From an uncultured delta proteobacterium (GTDB lineage Bacteria; Myxococcota; B64-G9), in the NCBI GenBank assembly GCA_963754925.1, contig CAVWHX010000004.1:384001-448000 (forward strand): a DNA stretch of 64,000 bases. Direction: 5' to 3'. Made by a program: the position numbers and the translations under genes. This document shows positions 1 through 8,913 of this stretch, piece by piece. Under the pieces are notes generated by a model that saw only the letters and a list, made by a program, of their open reading frames with translations, was not told the DNA's origin and made no database searches. The number at the start of each line of letters is the position of its first letter. Positions within the stretch are counted from its first letter, which is position 1.

Positions 1-2235
1 ACTGCTCCGCTTACTGTTCCGGAGATGGTGTACGTCAACTTGGTCGCCACGAAGTTCTCGTTCGACATATTCGCATAGAGCACCGTCACATTGATGCTCA
101 CCGGCGCAAACGAGTAACCGTTGAGGCTCGGTGTTACCGTGTACGCGCCATTAGCAAGACCGCTAAAGGTATACGCCCCGTTCGCGTCCGTGGTCGTGGT
201 CGCAGTCGCAGTCCCGCTCAGCGAAACCGTTACGCCTGCGGCAACTGCTCCGCTTACTGTTCCGGAGATGCTGTACAGTATCTTGGTCGCCACGAAGTTC
301 TGGTTCGGCATGTTCGCGTAGTTCACCGTAACCGGGATATTCACCGGCGCAAACGAGTAACCGATGAGGCTCGGTGTTACCGTGTACGCGCCATTAGCAA
401 GGCCGCTGAACGTATATGCACCGGTTCCATCCGTGGTCGTAGTTGCCGTCGCAGTTCCGCTCAGCGAAACCGTTACGCCTGCGGCAACCGCTCCGCTTAC
501 CGTTCCGGAGATGCTGTACGTCAACTTGGTCGCCACGAAGTTCTGGTTCGGCACGTTCGCGTAGTTCACCGTAACCGGGATATTCACCGGCGCAAACGAG
601 TAACCGATGAGGCTCGGTGTTACCGTGTATGTGCCATTAGCAAGACCGCTGAACGTATATGCGCCGGTTCCATCCGTGGTCGTAGTTGCCGTCGCAGTCC
701 CGCTCAGCGAAACCGTTACGCCTGCGGTAATCGCTCCGCTTACTGTTCCGGAGATGCTGTACGTCAACTTGGTCGCTACGAAGCTCTGGTTCGGCATGTT
801 CGCACCGGCGATGGAGACATTAATACTCGATGGCGTAAACACGTAACCCGCCAGGCTCGGCGTCACGGTGTATGTACCGTTTGCGAGGCCGCTGAAGGTG
901 TATGCACCACTTCCATCTGTGACCACAGTGCCGGTCGCCGTACCGCTGAGTGATACGGTAACGCCGCCCACCGCAGCGCCGCTTACGTTCCCGGAGATAC
1001 TATAGGTGTTTATTACGATGCTCGACGTGAAGTCTTTCCCCGTTACATCCGCACCGTTTACGGGGACAGTAAGACTCGATGGCGTAAACACGTAACCCGC
1101 CAGGCTCGGCATCACGGTGTAGCTACCGTTATCAAGACCGCTAAAGGTGTAGGCACCTGTTCCATCCGTTATCGTAGTGGCTGCCGCTGTACCGCTGAGC
1201 GATACGGTTACCCCAGCGGCGACGGCACCACTTACGGTTCCAGAAATGCTGTACACTATCTTGGTTGCTGTAAAGTTTTGATTCGGCATGCTCGAACCAC
1301 TTATGACAACAGGGATGCTCGCCGGTGTAAACGTGTAACCAGCCAGGCTCGGTGTCACCGTGTAGCTGCCGTTATCAAGACCACTAAAGGTGTACGCACC
1401 AGTTCCATCCGTCGTCGCACTGGCTGTCGCCGTACCGCTGAGCGATATGGTTACGCCGGCGGCGACGGCACCACCTACGGTTCCAGAAATGCTGTACCGT
1501 ATCTTGGTCGCTACAAAGTTCTCTCCCGGCATATTCGCACCGTTTATGACAACAGGGATGCTCGCCGGTGTAAGTGTATAACCAGCCAAGCTCGGCAATA
1601 CGGTATAACTGCCGTTATCAAGACCACTAAAGGTGTACGCACCAGTTCCATCTGTGGTCGTGGTTAGTATCTTCGGCCCGCCGGTGAGTACAATCGTAAC
1701 GCCTCCGGCTATATCTCCACTCACTGTTCCAGAGATACTGTAGCTCAACTGGGTCGCTATGAAGTTCTGCGCCGTGATATTCGCACCACTCACGACAACA
1801 GAAATACTCGCCGGCGCAAACGTGTAACCCGTCATGTTCGGCGTCACCGTATAGCTGCCGTTTACGAGACCAGTAAAGGCGTAGGCGCCCATTCCATCCG
1901 TCGTCGTAGTCGCTGTCGCTGCGCCACTAAGCGATAAAGTAACGCCCGCCGTCAAGCCGCCACTCACGGTCCCAGAGATACTGTAGCCATTGCCCATAAT
2001 CGTCGCGGCGAAATCTTGTCCGGTTACGTTGCTCCCACTAACGTTGACGGTATGGTCAGCCGGAGTTAACCCATAGCCGCTCTTATTCGGAGTTACCGTG
2101 TACTTGCCATTTGATAGGCCTCTAAAAGTATAAACGCCGGTTGCGTCTGTAAATGTGGTGGACGATTCCGCTCCCGAGAGCAGAACGGTGACGCCTGCTA
2201 CGGCGTCGCCGGTCACCTGACCAGAAATACTGTAG
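1..2235. repeat. Intragenic tandem repeat, ~243-bp period, 9 complete units plus the start of a 10th
   Basis: The YSISG/YTISG motif recurs about every 243 bp. Units near 121, 364 and 607 are nearly identical at DNA level, while units toward the N-terminus are more diverged. Confidence 0.92.
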
Positions 2236-2303
2236 CAACCTGTCATGACGGAAATAAGAGAAAAAACCAATAACATCAATGCGTAATTCGTCTTAGATAC
2301 CAT
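1..2303 (-). CDS. Large surface lipoprotein with tandem ~81-aa beta-sandwich repeats (Cna-B/carboxypeptidase-regulatory-like); 3' end runs off the window
   Basis: Not in the ORF track because it has no stop in the window. Hand translation from the ATG at 2303 (RBS AAGGAGG upstream) gives MVSKTNYALMLLVFSLISVMTGC (lipobox-like), then repeats of YSISGTVSGAVAAGVTVSLSGTATATTTTDGTGAYTFSGLANGxYTVTPSLxGYxFxP...NFVATK. The frame is consistent down to position 3. Confidence 0.9.
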   Translation of the reverse strand, partial: MVSKTNYALMLLVFSLISVMTGCYSISGQVTGDAVAGVTVLLSGAESSTTFTDATGVYTFRGLSNGKYTVTPNKSGYGLTPADHTVNVSGSNVTGQDFAATIMGNGYSISGTVSGGLTAGVTLSLSGAATATTTTDGMGAYAFTGLVNGSYTVTPNMTGYTFAPASISVVVSGANITAQNFIATQLSYSISGTVSGDIAGGVTIVLTGGPKILTTTTDGTGAYTFSGLDNGSYTVLPSLAGYTLTPASIPVVINGANMPGENFVATKIRYSISGTVGGAVAAGVTISLSGTATASATTDGTGAYTFSGLDNGSYTVTPSLAGYTFTPASIPVVISGSSMPNQNFTATKIVYSISGTVSGAVAAGVTVSLSGTAAATTITDGTGAYTFSGLDNGSYTVMPSLAGYVFTPSSLTVPVNGADVTGKDFTSSIVINTYSISGNVSGAAVGGVTVSLSGTATGTVVTDGSGAYTFSGLANGTYTVTPSLAGYVFTPSSINVSIAGANMPNQSFVATKLTYSISGTVSGAITAGVTVSLSGTATATTTTDGTGAYTFSGLANGTYTVTPSLIGYSFAPVNIPVTVNYANVPNQNFVATKLTYSISGTVSGAVAAGVTVSLSGTATATTTTDGTGAYTFSGLANGAYTVTPSLIGYSFAPVNIPVTVNYANMPNQNFVATKILYSISGTVSGAVAAGVTVSLSGTATATTTTDANGAYTFSGLANGAYTVTPSLNGYSFAPVSINVTVLYANMSNENFVATKLTYTISGTVSGA

Positions 2304-2717
2304 GAAGGTCCTCCTTAGGGGAACCACATCAATTGCCTGTATGGCTATGGAATTTGCAGGAAACGATAAAAAAGACTATCCGTCACCGTGTTACTCTCAT
2401 AACTGATAGTTCACGAAACATCACTACTTCTTTTGTTGCAGTGAAAATACTAGATAAGAAAAAATTGTCAAGAGAAATAAATAGAGTGAAAAAAATAAGT
2501 AACTGACAAGCCAAGTTATACGAGTCTCGGCTGAAACCGAAGAACAGAAATATCATAAAATACCAGCATTTATAAAAGAATCGGAACTGATAGTTTAAGA
2601 TATTTTTTTAGGTTATAAACTCATTCTTTTGGCAACCTGTACTTGCCAACCATATCCTGGTTTGTTAAACTGACGTTGAAAACCCTCAGGGGTTATTAAC
2701 TAATTGAAGGAATTCGC

Positions 2718-3818
2718 GTGGCGTTACCGAAGAAGTCCCAAATCGAATTAGGTTTCAACCACAATATAAAGTACAAAGGGAAGATCTTTCATGTTCAGAC
2801 CGAAGACAGCGGGGTAAGTAATCCTCATATAACCACACACCTGTTTGAAGGCGGCAATATCTTAGCGACTAAAAAAACATCCTATGCCGACATTATTCAA
2901 GCAGAAAATCTTCCCGATATCGTGCGTGAACTGATGCAAGAGCAGCACAAGGCAATGTTAAGAAACCTAATCAACGGGGCCTACGATGGCATGGGAGTCA
3001 TCGCAGAGTCTGAGGCAAGACAACCATCGATGGTTCCATCAGCACCATCACCTCCCCCGTCACCGCCAACACAAAAACCACCGATACGCGGACCGGTACC
3101 AATCCCATCCGTGCCTGGACCGCTGCCCAAGCTGCCTCCTTCATATACGAGGCAACCGGCCTATAACGCGGCGCCCCCCTTAGCTGCTGTTCAACCTAAC
3201 CCCTCAAAGGGCACGTATTCTCCGATCGCAACCGAATCTTTGAGACCACCGGGAAGCCCGGAACAGACGCCAGCGCGGACGGCGGCTTCCGCACCACCCA
3301 AACAACCGAGTCCCTCCGCCTACTCACTGGTGGCTGGAGCGGCTGCAACATTAAAGGAAACCGTTCATCTCACTCCCTTGGCGGTAAGCGTGCCGGGAGC
3401 GCCGAGGCCAACAACAACCCCGCCCGTCCAACCAGCGCTCGCGAGCGGAAAATTCCCTCTGCCGAGCAAACCGCTTACCCCTTCAACCCATTCGCCTGAT
3501 GCGCATGCGGCACCCATTCAAGCAACGGCTCGGCCCATCCAACCCCCACCCTTACCCGGGAACATCTCGCCAGCGCCGCTTCCACAAACGGTGAAGGGTA
3601 CGATACGGCAGGATGGTGAACAGCAACGCGCCGCTGCAGCCACCAACGACGATTTGAGCATTCCGCCAGAGGTATTGGTCGCACGACGAATGGTTGATAA
3701 ACCAATACTGAAGGACACCTCGGGGCCAACCATCTTCGGCGAAGACCTCGTTACTGAAAAAAGCCTCGACGACGTGATTTTATCGTATCTGTCTGGTGAG
3801 GGGGATAAATCCAAGTAA
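2718..3818 (+). CDS. romY: RomY-like polarity protein (conserved N-terminal domain, long Pro-rich linker, conserved C-terminal motif)
   Basis: N-terminus GFNHNIKYKGKIFHVQTEDSG...LMQEQHKAMLRNLING, C-terminus FGEDLVTEKSLDDVILSYL, and position directly upstream of ftsE match my recollection of the myxobacterial romY locus. Not search-verified. Confidence 0.6.
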   Translation: MALPKKSQIELGFNHNIKYKGKIFHVQTEDSGVSNPHITTHLFEGGNILATKKTSYADIIQAENLPDIVRELMQEQHKAMLRNLINGAYDGMGVIAESEARQPSMVPSAPSPPPSPPTQKPPIRGPVPIPSVPGPLPKLPPSYTRQPAYNAAPPLAAVQPNPSKGTYSPIATESLRPPGSPEQTPARTAASAPPKQPSPSAYSLVAGAAATLKETVHLTPLAVSVPGAPRPTTTPPVQPALASGKFPLPSKPLTPSTHSPDAHAAPIQATARPIQPPPLPGNISPAPLPQTVKGTIRQDGEQQRAAAATNDDLSIPPEVLVARRMVDKPILKDTSGPTIFGEDLVTEKSLDDVILSYLSGEGDKSK

Positions 3819-3858
3819 TCAGTCTTGTCCCCTGAGATCTTTTGAGGCCGCCTAATCT

Positions 3859-4535
3859 ATGATCCAAATGTACCACGTCAACTTGCATTACGGCTCCGCT
3901 AAACCGGTACTGAATGACATTACCTTACGCATTGCCAAGGCTGACTTTGTTTTTGTTACGGGACCTTCCGGGGCGGGTAAAACCAGCCTACTGCGTCTGC
4001 TTTTTTTGGCCGAACATTGTCAATCCGGTCAGATCATGCTCTTTGGCCAAAACGTGGCCCGAATTAAGAACCAAGAGATACCGGCCTTTCGTCGCCGCAT
4101 CGGGGTCGTTTTTCAAGATTTCAAGTTGCTGCTATCACGCACCGTCGGGGAAAACTTAGCGATACGATTAGAAGTGTTAGGCTGGCCGCGGCGCCGGATT
4201 CAGCGCAAGGTGGTAGAGCAGCTCGATCTCATCGGCCTTGCCCATAAAGCGCACGAATTGCCGATCAAGCTTTCCGGCGGCGAACAGCAGCGCGTGGCCA
4301 TCGCCCGAGCACTGGTTAACGATCCCCCATCTTGCTCGCCGACGAGCCCACCGGCAACCTTGATGCAGAGCTCAGCGCACAGATTTACGATTTGCTGGCG
4401 ACTATCAACGCTCGAGGAACAACGGTGGTGGTTGCGACACACGATCGCAACTGGGTGGAACAAACCAATAAAAGAACCATTCAATTAGAACGCGGTCGGG
4501 TGACCGCCGGCGGTATGCCCGATAGTTATACCTGA
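3859..4535 (+). CDS. ftsE: Cell-division ABC ATPase FtsE, with a 1-nt deletion frameshift near 4325-4330
   Basis: GPSGAGKT, RRRIGVVFQDFKLL and LSGGEQQRVAIARALVNDP, continuing in another frame as LLADEPTGNLD...VATHD. One C is missing in GATCCCCCATC. Confidence 0.9.
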
Positions 4536-4721
4536 ACAGCCAGGGTGCGCTGCCCCCGATACTTCCCCTCAGATCGTTCCAATTGTGTCGTGTTATAAAC
4601 ACCACTAGCCGCGAACCCACGATAGCTTGTCCTGCAAACACACGCTTTACAATGCTCGCTGGGTACGGTATGGTACCACCCAAGGAAAAACCTATTTATT
4701 AATTTTAAGGAGGAATCGAGA

Positions 4722-5321
4722 ATGAACGCTCAGAAAATCGCCGGATTGCTCTTCGCAGGATGGGCGATGGTAGCGCTGTCTGCCTGCGGCTTTAAGTACT
4801 ACAAGGCCGACTCACAACCGACGTCTCCCTCGAGTGACATCAAGAACTCACCAGAGTTCAAGGTCAGACCAATTTCATACGCCAAGGTCTCTTACAAGGA
4901 TCTCGGTTACGAGTCGGAAGCCAAGATGAAAGAGGAGTTTGTCAACTTCGCCCCAGATTTTGTATCCAATTTTAATGGTATGTGGAAGACCGAAGGCGTT
5001 CCGGAAAAGAAGGTCACGATGGTCGGCGCCACGGATGAAGTCACGGAGGGCATTCTGGTGGAGACCGAGGTTGACCGGATCCAACTGAACTGGAACGCTT
5101 TTAGCGGTACGCCCGATGATTTCTTTGTCACCATCACGTTTACCGACGCAGCTAAAAAGGCCCAGCTCTACACCGGCAAGTTCCAGGTTAAAAATAGCGC
5201 ATGGACTCTTGGCTGGGCTGGGATGAGTTTTGGCAACCGACTCAACTACGGTGCCTACAACATTGATTGGCTTTTGGTCAAGATCATGTCTAACGGCATT
5301 GCAACTCCGACAGAATATTAG
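4722..5321 (+). CDS. Hypothetical lipoprotein
   Basis: Strong RBS AAGGAGG and a signal peptide ending in the lipobox LSAC. Confidence 0.85.
   Translation: MNAQKIAGLLFAGWAMVALSACGFKYYKADSQPTSPSSDIKNSPEFKVRPISYAKVSYKDLGYESEAKMKEEFVNFAPDFVSNFNGMWKTEGVPEKKVTMVGATDEVTEGILVETEVDRIQLNWNAFSGTPDDFFVTITFTDAAKKAQLYTGKFQVKNSAWTLGWAGMSFGNRLNYGAYNIDWLLVKIMSNGIATPTEY
5246..5321 (+). repeat. Direct repeat A, copy 1 (3' end of the lipoprotein gene); copy 2 at 10246-10321
   Basis: Ungapped 58/76 identity. Translates YGAYNIDWLLVKIMSNGIATPTEY vs YAAYNIVWVLITIVSNGVADPAEY. Confidence 0.9.
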
Positions 5322-5324
5322 GAT

Positions 5325-5361
5325 GCATCGGCAAACCGTTTGTTCATACGATGAGTGATTC
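5325..5361 (+). repeat. Direct repeat B, decayed copy of the radical SAM gene 3' end and flank; other copy at 8877-8913
   Basis: gcatcggcaaaccgtttgttcatacgatgagtgattc vs gcaccagctaaccgtttgctcacacgatgagtgattc, 32/37 identical. Confidence 0.85.
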
Positions 5362-5404
5362 GTGGTCCAGCCGTAGGGATCCATGAACCCACTTGCGCGA
5401 GGAC

Positions 5405-6925
5405 TCAGTTACGATCGACCTGCCGTATCTTGAGGTAGAGGATAACGGCCAAATAAACCATGATGGCGATAGCCACGGCCAACCCCTTGCGCCTGAATGA
5501 GAATTCCGCGTCAGCGGCTTTGACCAGCTCGTCGGCCTTGGTCATCGCCGCGAGGCCTGGCGCCGCGGCCTGCTGGAAGTCACTCAGATCAAAGGCGTGG
5601 ATCCGCGAGCGAGACTGGCGTAGAGAATCTTCCAGCTCCGCCACCGACTGGGCCAACGGTTCTGCGTCGAGGCCGTCTTCGGCCACGGCAACAGCCTTGG
5701 GCGTATAACGGGCCACGCCGGCCGCCAGCTCGTTGATGGTCGTACGAAACGCGGCCGAAGTGGCGCTGCAGGTGGCATTTTGTCGGGCGAACGTGCTGTG
5801 ACAGCCCTCGCACAAAGTGCCCGGTGTGTCACCGATCCAGCTGTCTTGGGGTTTCTGGACAGCGTGATGGCCGTGACATTGGCTGCACTCAGGCCAATCA
5901 TGCTGTCGAAAGGCCAGCTTGTGCTTGCTGCCGTCGAACAGTGCACCGTTTGCCACGTGACAGGTCCGGCAAACCTGAGCGATGCTGGCGATTTGCGGCG
6001 GCATGGCGGCATGGTTGCCATGGCAGCTGTTGCACCTCGGTGCGCCCAGATCCCCCCGCTCAAGGAGCGCTTTTCCGTGGACGCTGTCTCTGTAATCGGC
6101 GAATTGATTGGTCGGGAGGGCCTTGCCGTCCGACATTTTGTAACCGGCCATGTACTGGGCGTCGCTGTGGCACTTCGCGCACGTAAAAGGAATCTTTTGA
6201 GGATGAACCCAAGACCCGCGATTTTCGGGTCGCTGGATGTTGTGGACGCCATGGCAACTCGTGCATTGCGCGGCCTTGGAATCCTTTTGCACAAGCAGCA
6301 GCTCGCCGTGCCGGCTGGTCGCGTATTTGGCAAGTTGATCGGTCGGCAGGGCCGGATTGTGTTGTCGCATGAACGCGGGGTCGGCGTGGCAGCGCGCACA
6401 GAACTCGGGGATCCAGGTGCGGCTCGAAGCGCGCACCTCGGCTTTGGGCCAGCGAGCATAGATCGCAGGCACCATGTCGGTGTCAGTGGGGGCACCACCG
6501 TGGCAACCCGAGCAGGACAGGCCTTGGCTGAGGTGCGTGTCCGCCGCGAAGCTGCTGAGGTTCATCTGTTCTGCCGAGCCGTGCTGAGCCGGATCGATCG
6601 AGAACAGGGTTCGCGCTTCCTGGTTGTCGGGGTTGGTGTGGCACAAGACGCAGTTGTCTTGAAGCAACAGCTCGAGGCGATCAGCCGCCAGATTCAAGGA
6701 GAGAAACGCTGTTATCTGTTCAGTGGAGCCGAGCAGGCCGTTGGCCGCAGCGTCATTGAACAGGCTCTTGGCGTGGCTGGGCAAGGCGTCGAATTGTGCC
6801 TGCGCCGGAGCCTCGAGTTTCAAAATAGCACGCAGGCTCGAGTTTGGCACAAAGACGTCGCTATCAGCGTTGGCGCCTCCTGCTACCAGGGTCAGAACCG
6901 CTAGGCCGAGTCCAGCGATGTTCAT
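5405..6925 (-). CDS. Membrane-anchored multiheme cytochrome c (9 CXXCH motifs)
   Basis: CVLCH, CSGCH, CARCH, CTSCH, CAKCH, CNSCH, CRTCH, CSQCH and CEGCH. Signal peptide from MNIAGLGLAVL (ATGA overlap with the cytochrome b stop) and a C-terminal TM helix. Confidence 0.92.
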   Translation of the reverse strand: MNIAGLGLAVLTLVAGGANADSDVFVPNSSLRAILKLEAPAQAQFDALPSHAKSLFNDAAANGLLGSTEQITAFLSLNLAADRLELLLQDNCVLCHTNPDNQEARTLFSIDPAQHGSAEQMNLSSFAADTHLSQGLSCSGCHGGAPTDTDMVPAIYARWPKAEVRASSRTWIPEFCARCHADPAFMRQHNPALPTDQLAKYATSRHGELLLVQKDSKAAQCTSCHGVHNIQRPENRGSWVHPQKIPFTCAKCHSDAQYMAGYKMSDGKALPTNQFADYRDSVHGKALLERGDLGAPRCNSCHGNHAAMPPQIASIAQVCRTCHVANGALFDGSKHKLAFRQHDWPECSQCHGHHAVQKPQDSWIGDTPGTLCEGCHSTFARQNATCSATSAAFRTTINELAAGVARYTPKAVAVAEDGLDAEPLAQSVAELEDSLRQSRSRIHAFDLSDFQQAAAPGLAAMTKADELVKAADAEFSFRRKGLAVAIAIMVYLAVILYLKIRQVDRN

Positions 6926-8316
6926 GGTTCTGCTCCTGCGGCAGCCGACGGCGTTCGACCGGCACGCGTGAAAACACCGAGCGTAATGACTGCGGCGATC
7001 GTCGCAATCGTTCCGGCCAGCAGGTAGTTCAGGCCCATCAAGCCATGAAGGGCGACGTGCACAGCCACGGCCCCAGACCACAGAAACCATCGCTGGCCCA
7101 GAAACACCGCGCGCAGCACCGTGACCGACAGAATCACCCCGAGCATGATGAGCGCACAGGTCCATGCCACGTGGGTCGCTGCTTCCGGCGCCAGGGGGTT
7201 CGCTCCGGCGCCAATATCCCAGGCCTTCAGCGTCAAGAAGCCGAGGCTCATCAACGCGGACACCCCGAGGTCAGTGAATCCCGGCGAGCGCAATTCTCGT
7301 TGGGCGCGGCGATCGAGCCACGGTATCAGCAGCCACAGCCCGAGCAGCAGGCCAACCAAGCCGAGCGCGGCTTGCGGTCCCTCGATACCGAGCACGTGCG
7401 ATGGGAACTCCTTGAGTAGTTGGTAGATCCACAGGAAATACCACTCGGGTTTGATGCCGGGATAGGCCGGGGCCAGGACATCGGCTTTGTTGCCAAGCTG
7501 CCATTCGGCGCCCGGCACCTTGGGACCGTAGGGCAGAAAGACGGCCAAGGTCAAAACGATGATGAGACAGACCAGCCACAACAGCAGGTCGCGCAGCATG
7601 AAATTGGGAAAAAACCGCATGCCGCGCGGTGCCCGGCGGAGGCCGACCGGCGGGGCCATGCCCAAGCGCTGCACAAACAGAAGGTGCAGACTGACAATGG
7701 CGACGATTGACAGCGGCAGAATGACCACGTGTAGCGCAAAGAACCGATACAACGTGTTGATGGTGACATCGGGGCCGCCACGCAGCACCTGCAATAGCCA
7801 ATCGCCGACCAGCGGCACGGACTTAACCGAATCCGTGCCAACGGAGGTGGCAAAAAAGGCCAACTCGTTCCAGGGCAGCAGGTAGCCGGAAAATCCAAAA
7901 CCCAGGGTCACCGACAGCAGCGCAAACCCGGTGATCCACGTCAGCTCGCGGGGCGGCCGGTAGGCCTTCAGCAGCATGGTCGAGAACATGTGCATGACCA
8001 GGGAGATGATCATGAGATGGGCGCTCCAGCAGTGCACGGAACGCACGAGCCAACCAAACGACACTTTGGTCGTCAGATAGCGAATGCTTTCGTACGAGGT
8101 TGACAGGCCGGGCTGATAGTACATCAGCAGGAGAGCGCCGGAGAGGACCTGGACGCTGAAAAAAAACAACGTGGTGCCGCCCAAGTAGTACCAGAGAAGG
8201 GAATGCCCCCCGATGGGCACCTGTTTGTGGCTCATGAAATCCATGAGCTGCGTCAACCCCAGGCGCTCATCCAACCAGCGGTATACGGCGCCACGACGCT
8301 GCGAGCTTTGGCTCAT
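6922..8316 (-). CDS. petB: Cytochrome b of a Rieske/cytochrome b complex (N- and C-terminal halves in one chain, plus extra TM helices)
   Basis: WLDERLGL, RSVHCWSAH...HMF, FSGYLLPW, RFFALHV...LH and the PEWY motif. Confidence 0.92.
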   Translation of the reverse strand: MSQSSQRRGAVYRWLDERLGLTQLMDFMSHKQVPIGGHSLLWYYLGGTTLFFFSVQVLSGALLLMYYQPGLSTSYESIRYLTTKVSFGWLVRSVHCWSAHLMIISLVMHMFSTMLLKAYRPPRELTWITGFALLSVTLGFGFSGYLLPWNELAFFATSVGTDSVKSVPLVGDWLLQVLRGGPDVTINTLYRFFALHVVILPLSIVAIVSLHLLFVQRLGMAPPVGLRRAPRGMRFFPNFMLRDLLLWLVCLIIVLTLAVFLPYGPKVPGAEWQLGNKADVLAPAYPGIKPEWYFLWIYQLLKEFPSHVLGIEGPQAALGLVGLLLGLWLLIPWLDRRAQRELRSPGFTDLGVSALMSLGFLTLKAWDIGAGANPLAPEAATHVAWTCALIMLGVILSVTVLRAVFLGQRWFLWSGAVAVHVALHGLMGLNYLLAGTIATIAAVITLGVFTRAGRTPSAAAGAEP

Positions 8317-8798
8317 GCGCTGGTCTCCGCGCTGACGATGATGTTGCCGGCCGCTTCCCGTTTGACGGCAAAGACATCCAAGGGCCGCGGTGGCGGGCCG
8401 GAAATGACACGACCGTCCAAATCAAAATGGCCGTTGTGACAGGCGCACCAGACAATAGATTCGCGCGGCATGAATTGTACGGTGCAGCCTTCGTGGGTGC
8501 ATTTTGCCGCTAGCGCGTGAATCTTTTGGCCGGCGTCCTCGAAAACTAAAACGCGTTTGTTGCCTATGGGAACAATGACGAAGTGGTCGCGCTCCAGCCT
8601 GGTGCACTCCTCGCGCGTTAAAACCGTGGGCCCGGCCCTACCGGTCTGCTGCAGCGGCTTGAGATAGCGCAGCACCGGGTAAAAAACGCTAGCCAACCAA
8701 CCGACCAGGCCAAGACCGAGCGCATAGTCGAGAAAATGGCGACGAGTCACGGAGTCCTCTTCATGATTCGGACGCGGCATCAATGGGTCCCTTGTCAC
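8313..8798 (-). CDS. petC: Rieske 2Fe-2S subunit
   Basis: Tat-like TRRHFL plus a TM helix, CTHEGC and CACHNG boxes, and GPPPRPL. The start may be the ATG at 8780. Confidence 0.93.
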   Translation of the reverse strand: MTRDPLMPRPNHEEDSVTRRHFLDYALGLGLVGWLASVFYPVLRYLKPLQQTGRAGPTVLTREECTRLERDHFVIVPIGNKRVLVFEDAGQKIHALAAKCTHEGCTVQFMPRESIVWCACHNGHFDLDGRVISGPPPRPLDVFAVKREAAGNIIVSAETSA

Positions 8799-8811
8799 CT
8801 TTGCGCATGTT

Positions 8812-8841
8812 AAGCTAACTCTGCATTCAATCTCCCGTCAA
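8812..8841 (-). promoter_or_regulatory. Candidate sigma70 promoter for the Rieske operon
   Basis: TTGACG-N18-TAGCTT on the minus strand. Confidence 0.35.
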
Positions 8842-8876
8842 GGAATCGGGAATACTTCTCAAGGGATACCCAATGC

Positions 8877-8913
8877 GCACCAGCTAACCGTTTGCTCACA
8901 CGATGAGTGATTC
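8877..8913 (+). repeat. Direct repeat B, copy spanning the radical SAM stop codon
   Basis: 32/37 identity with 5325-5361. Confidence 0.85.

Noticed and set aside
121..1667. Repeated short + strand ORFs (MRLGVTVYAPL...) that could suggest a peptide array or CRISPR-like repeat
   Set aside because: They are antisense shadows of the repeat lipoprotein on the - strand, with no repeat-spacer structure.
5780..6904. 374-aa + strand ORF, and similar long ORFs at 5584-6498, 30038-30742, 33977-34663 and 53322-54107
   Set aside because: These are antisense or alternate-frame shadows of well-supported genes in GC-rich DNA.
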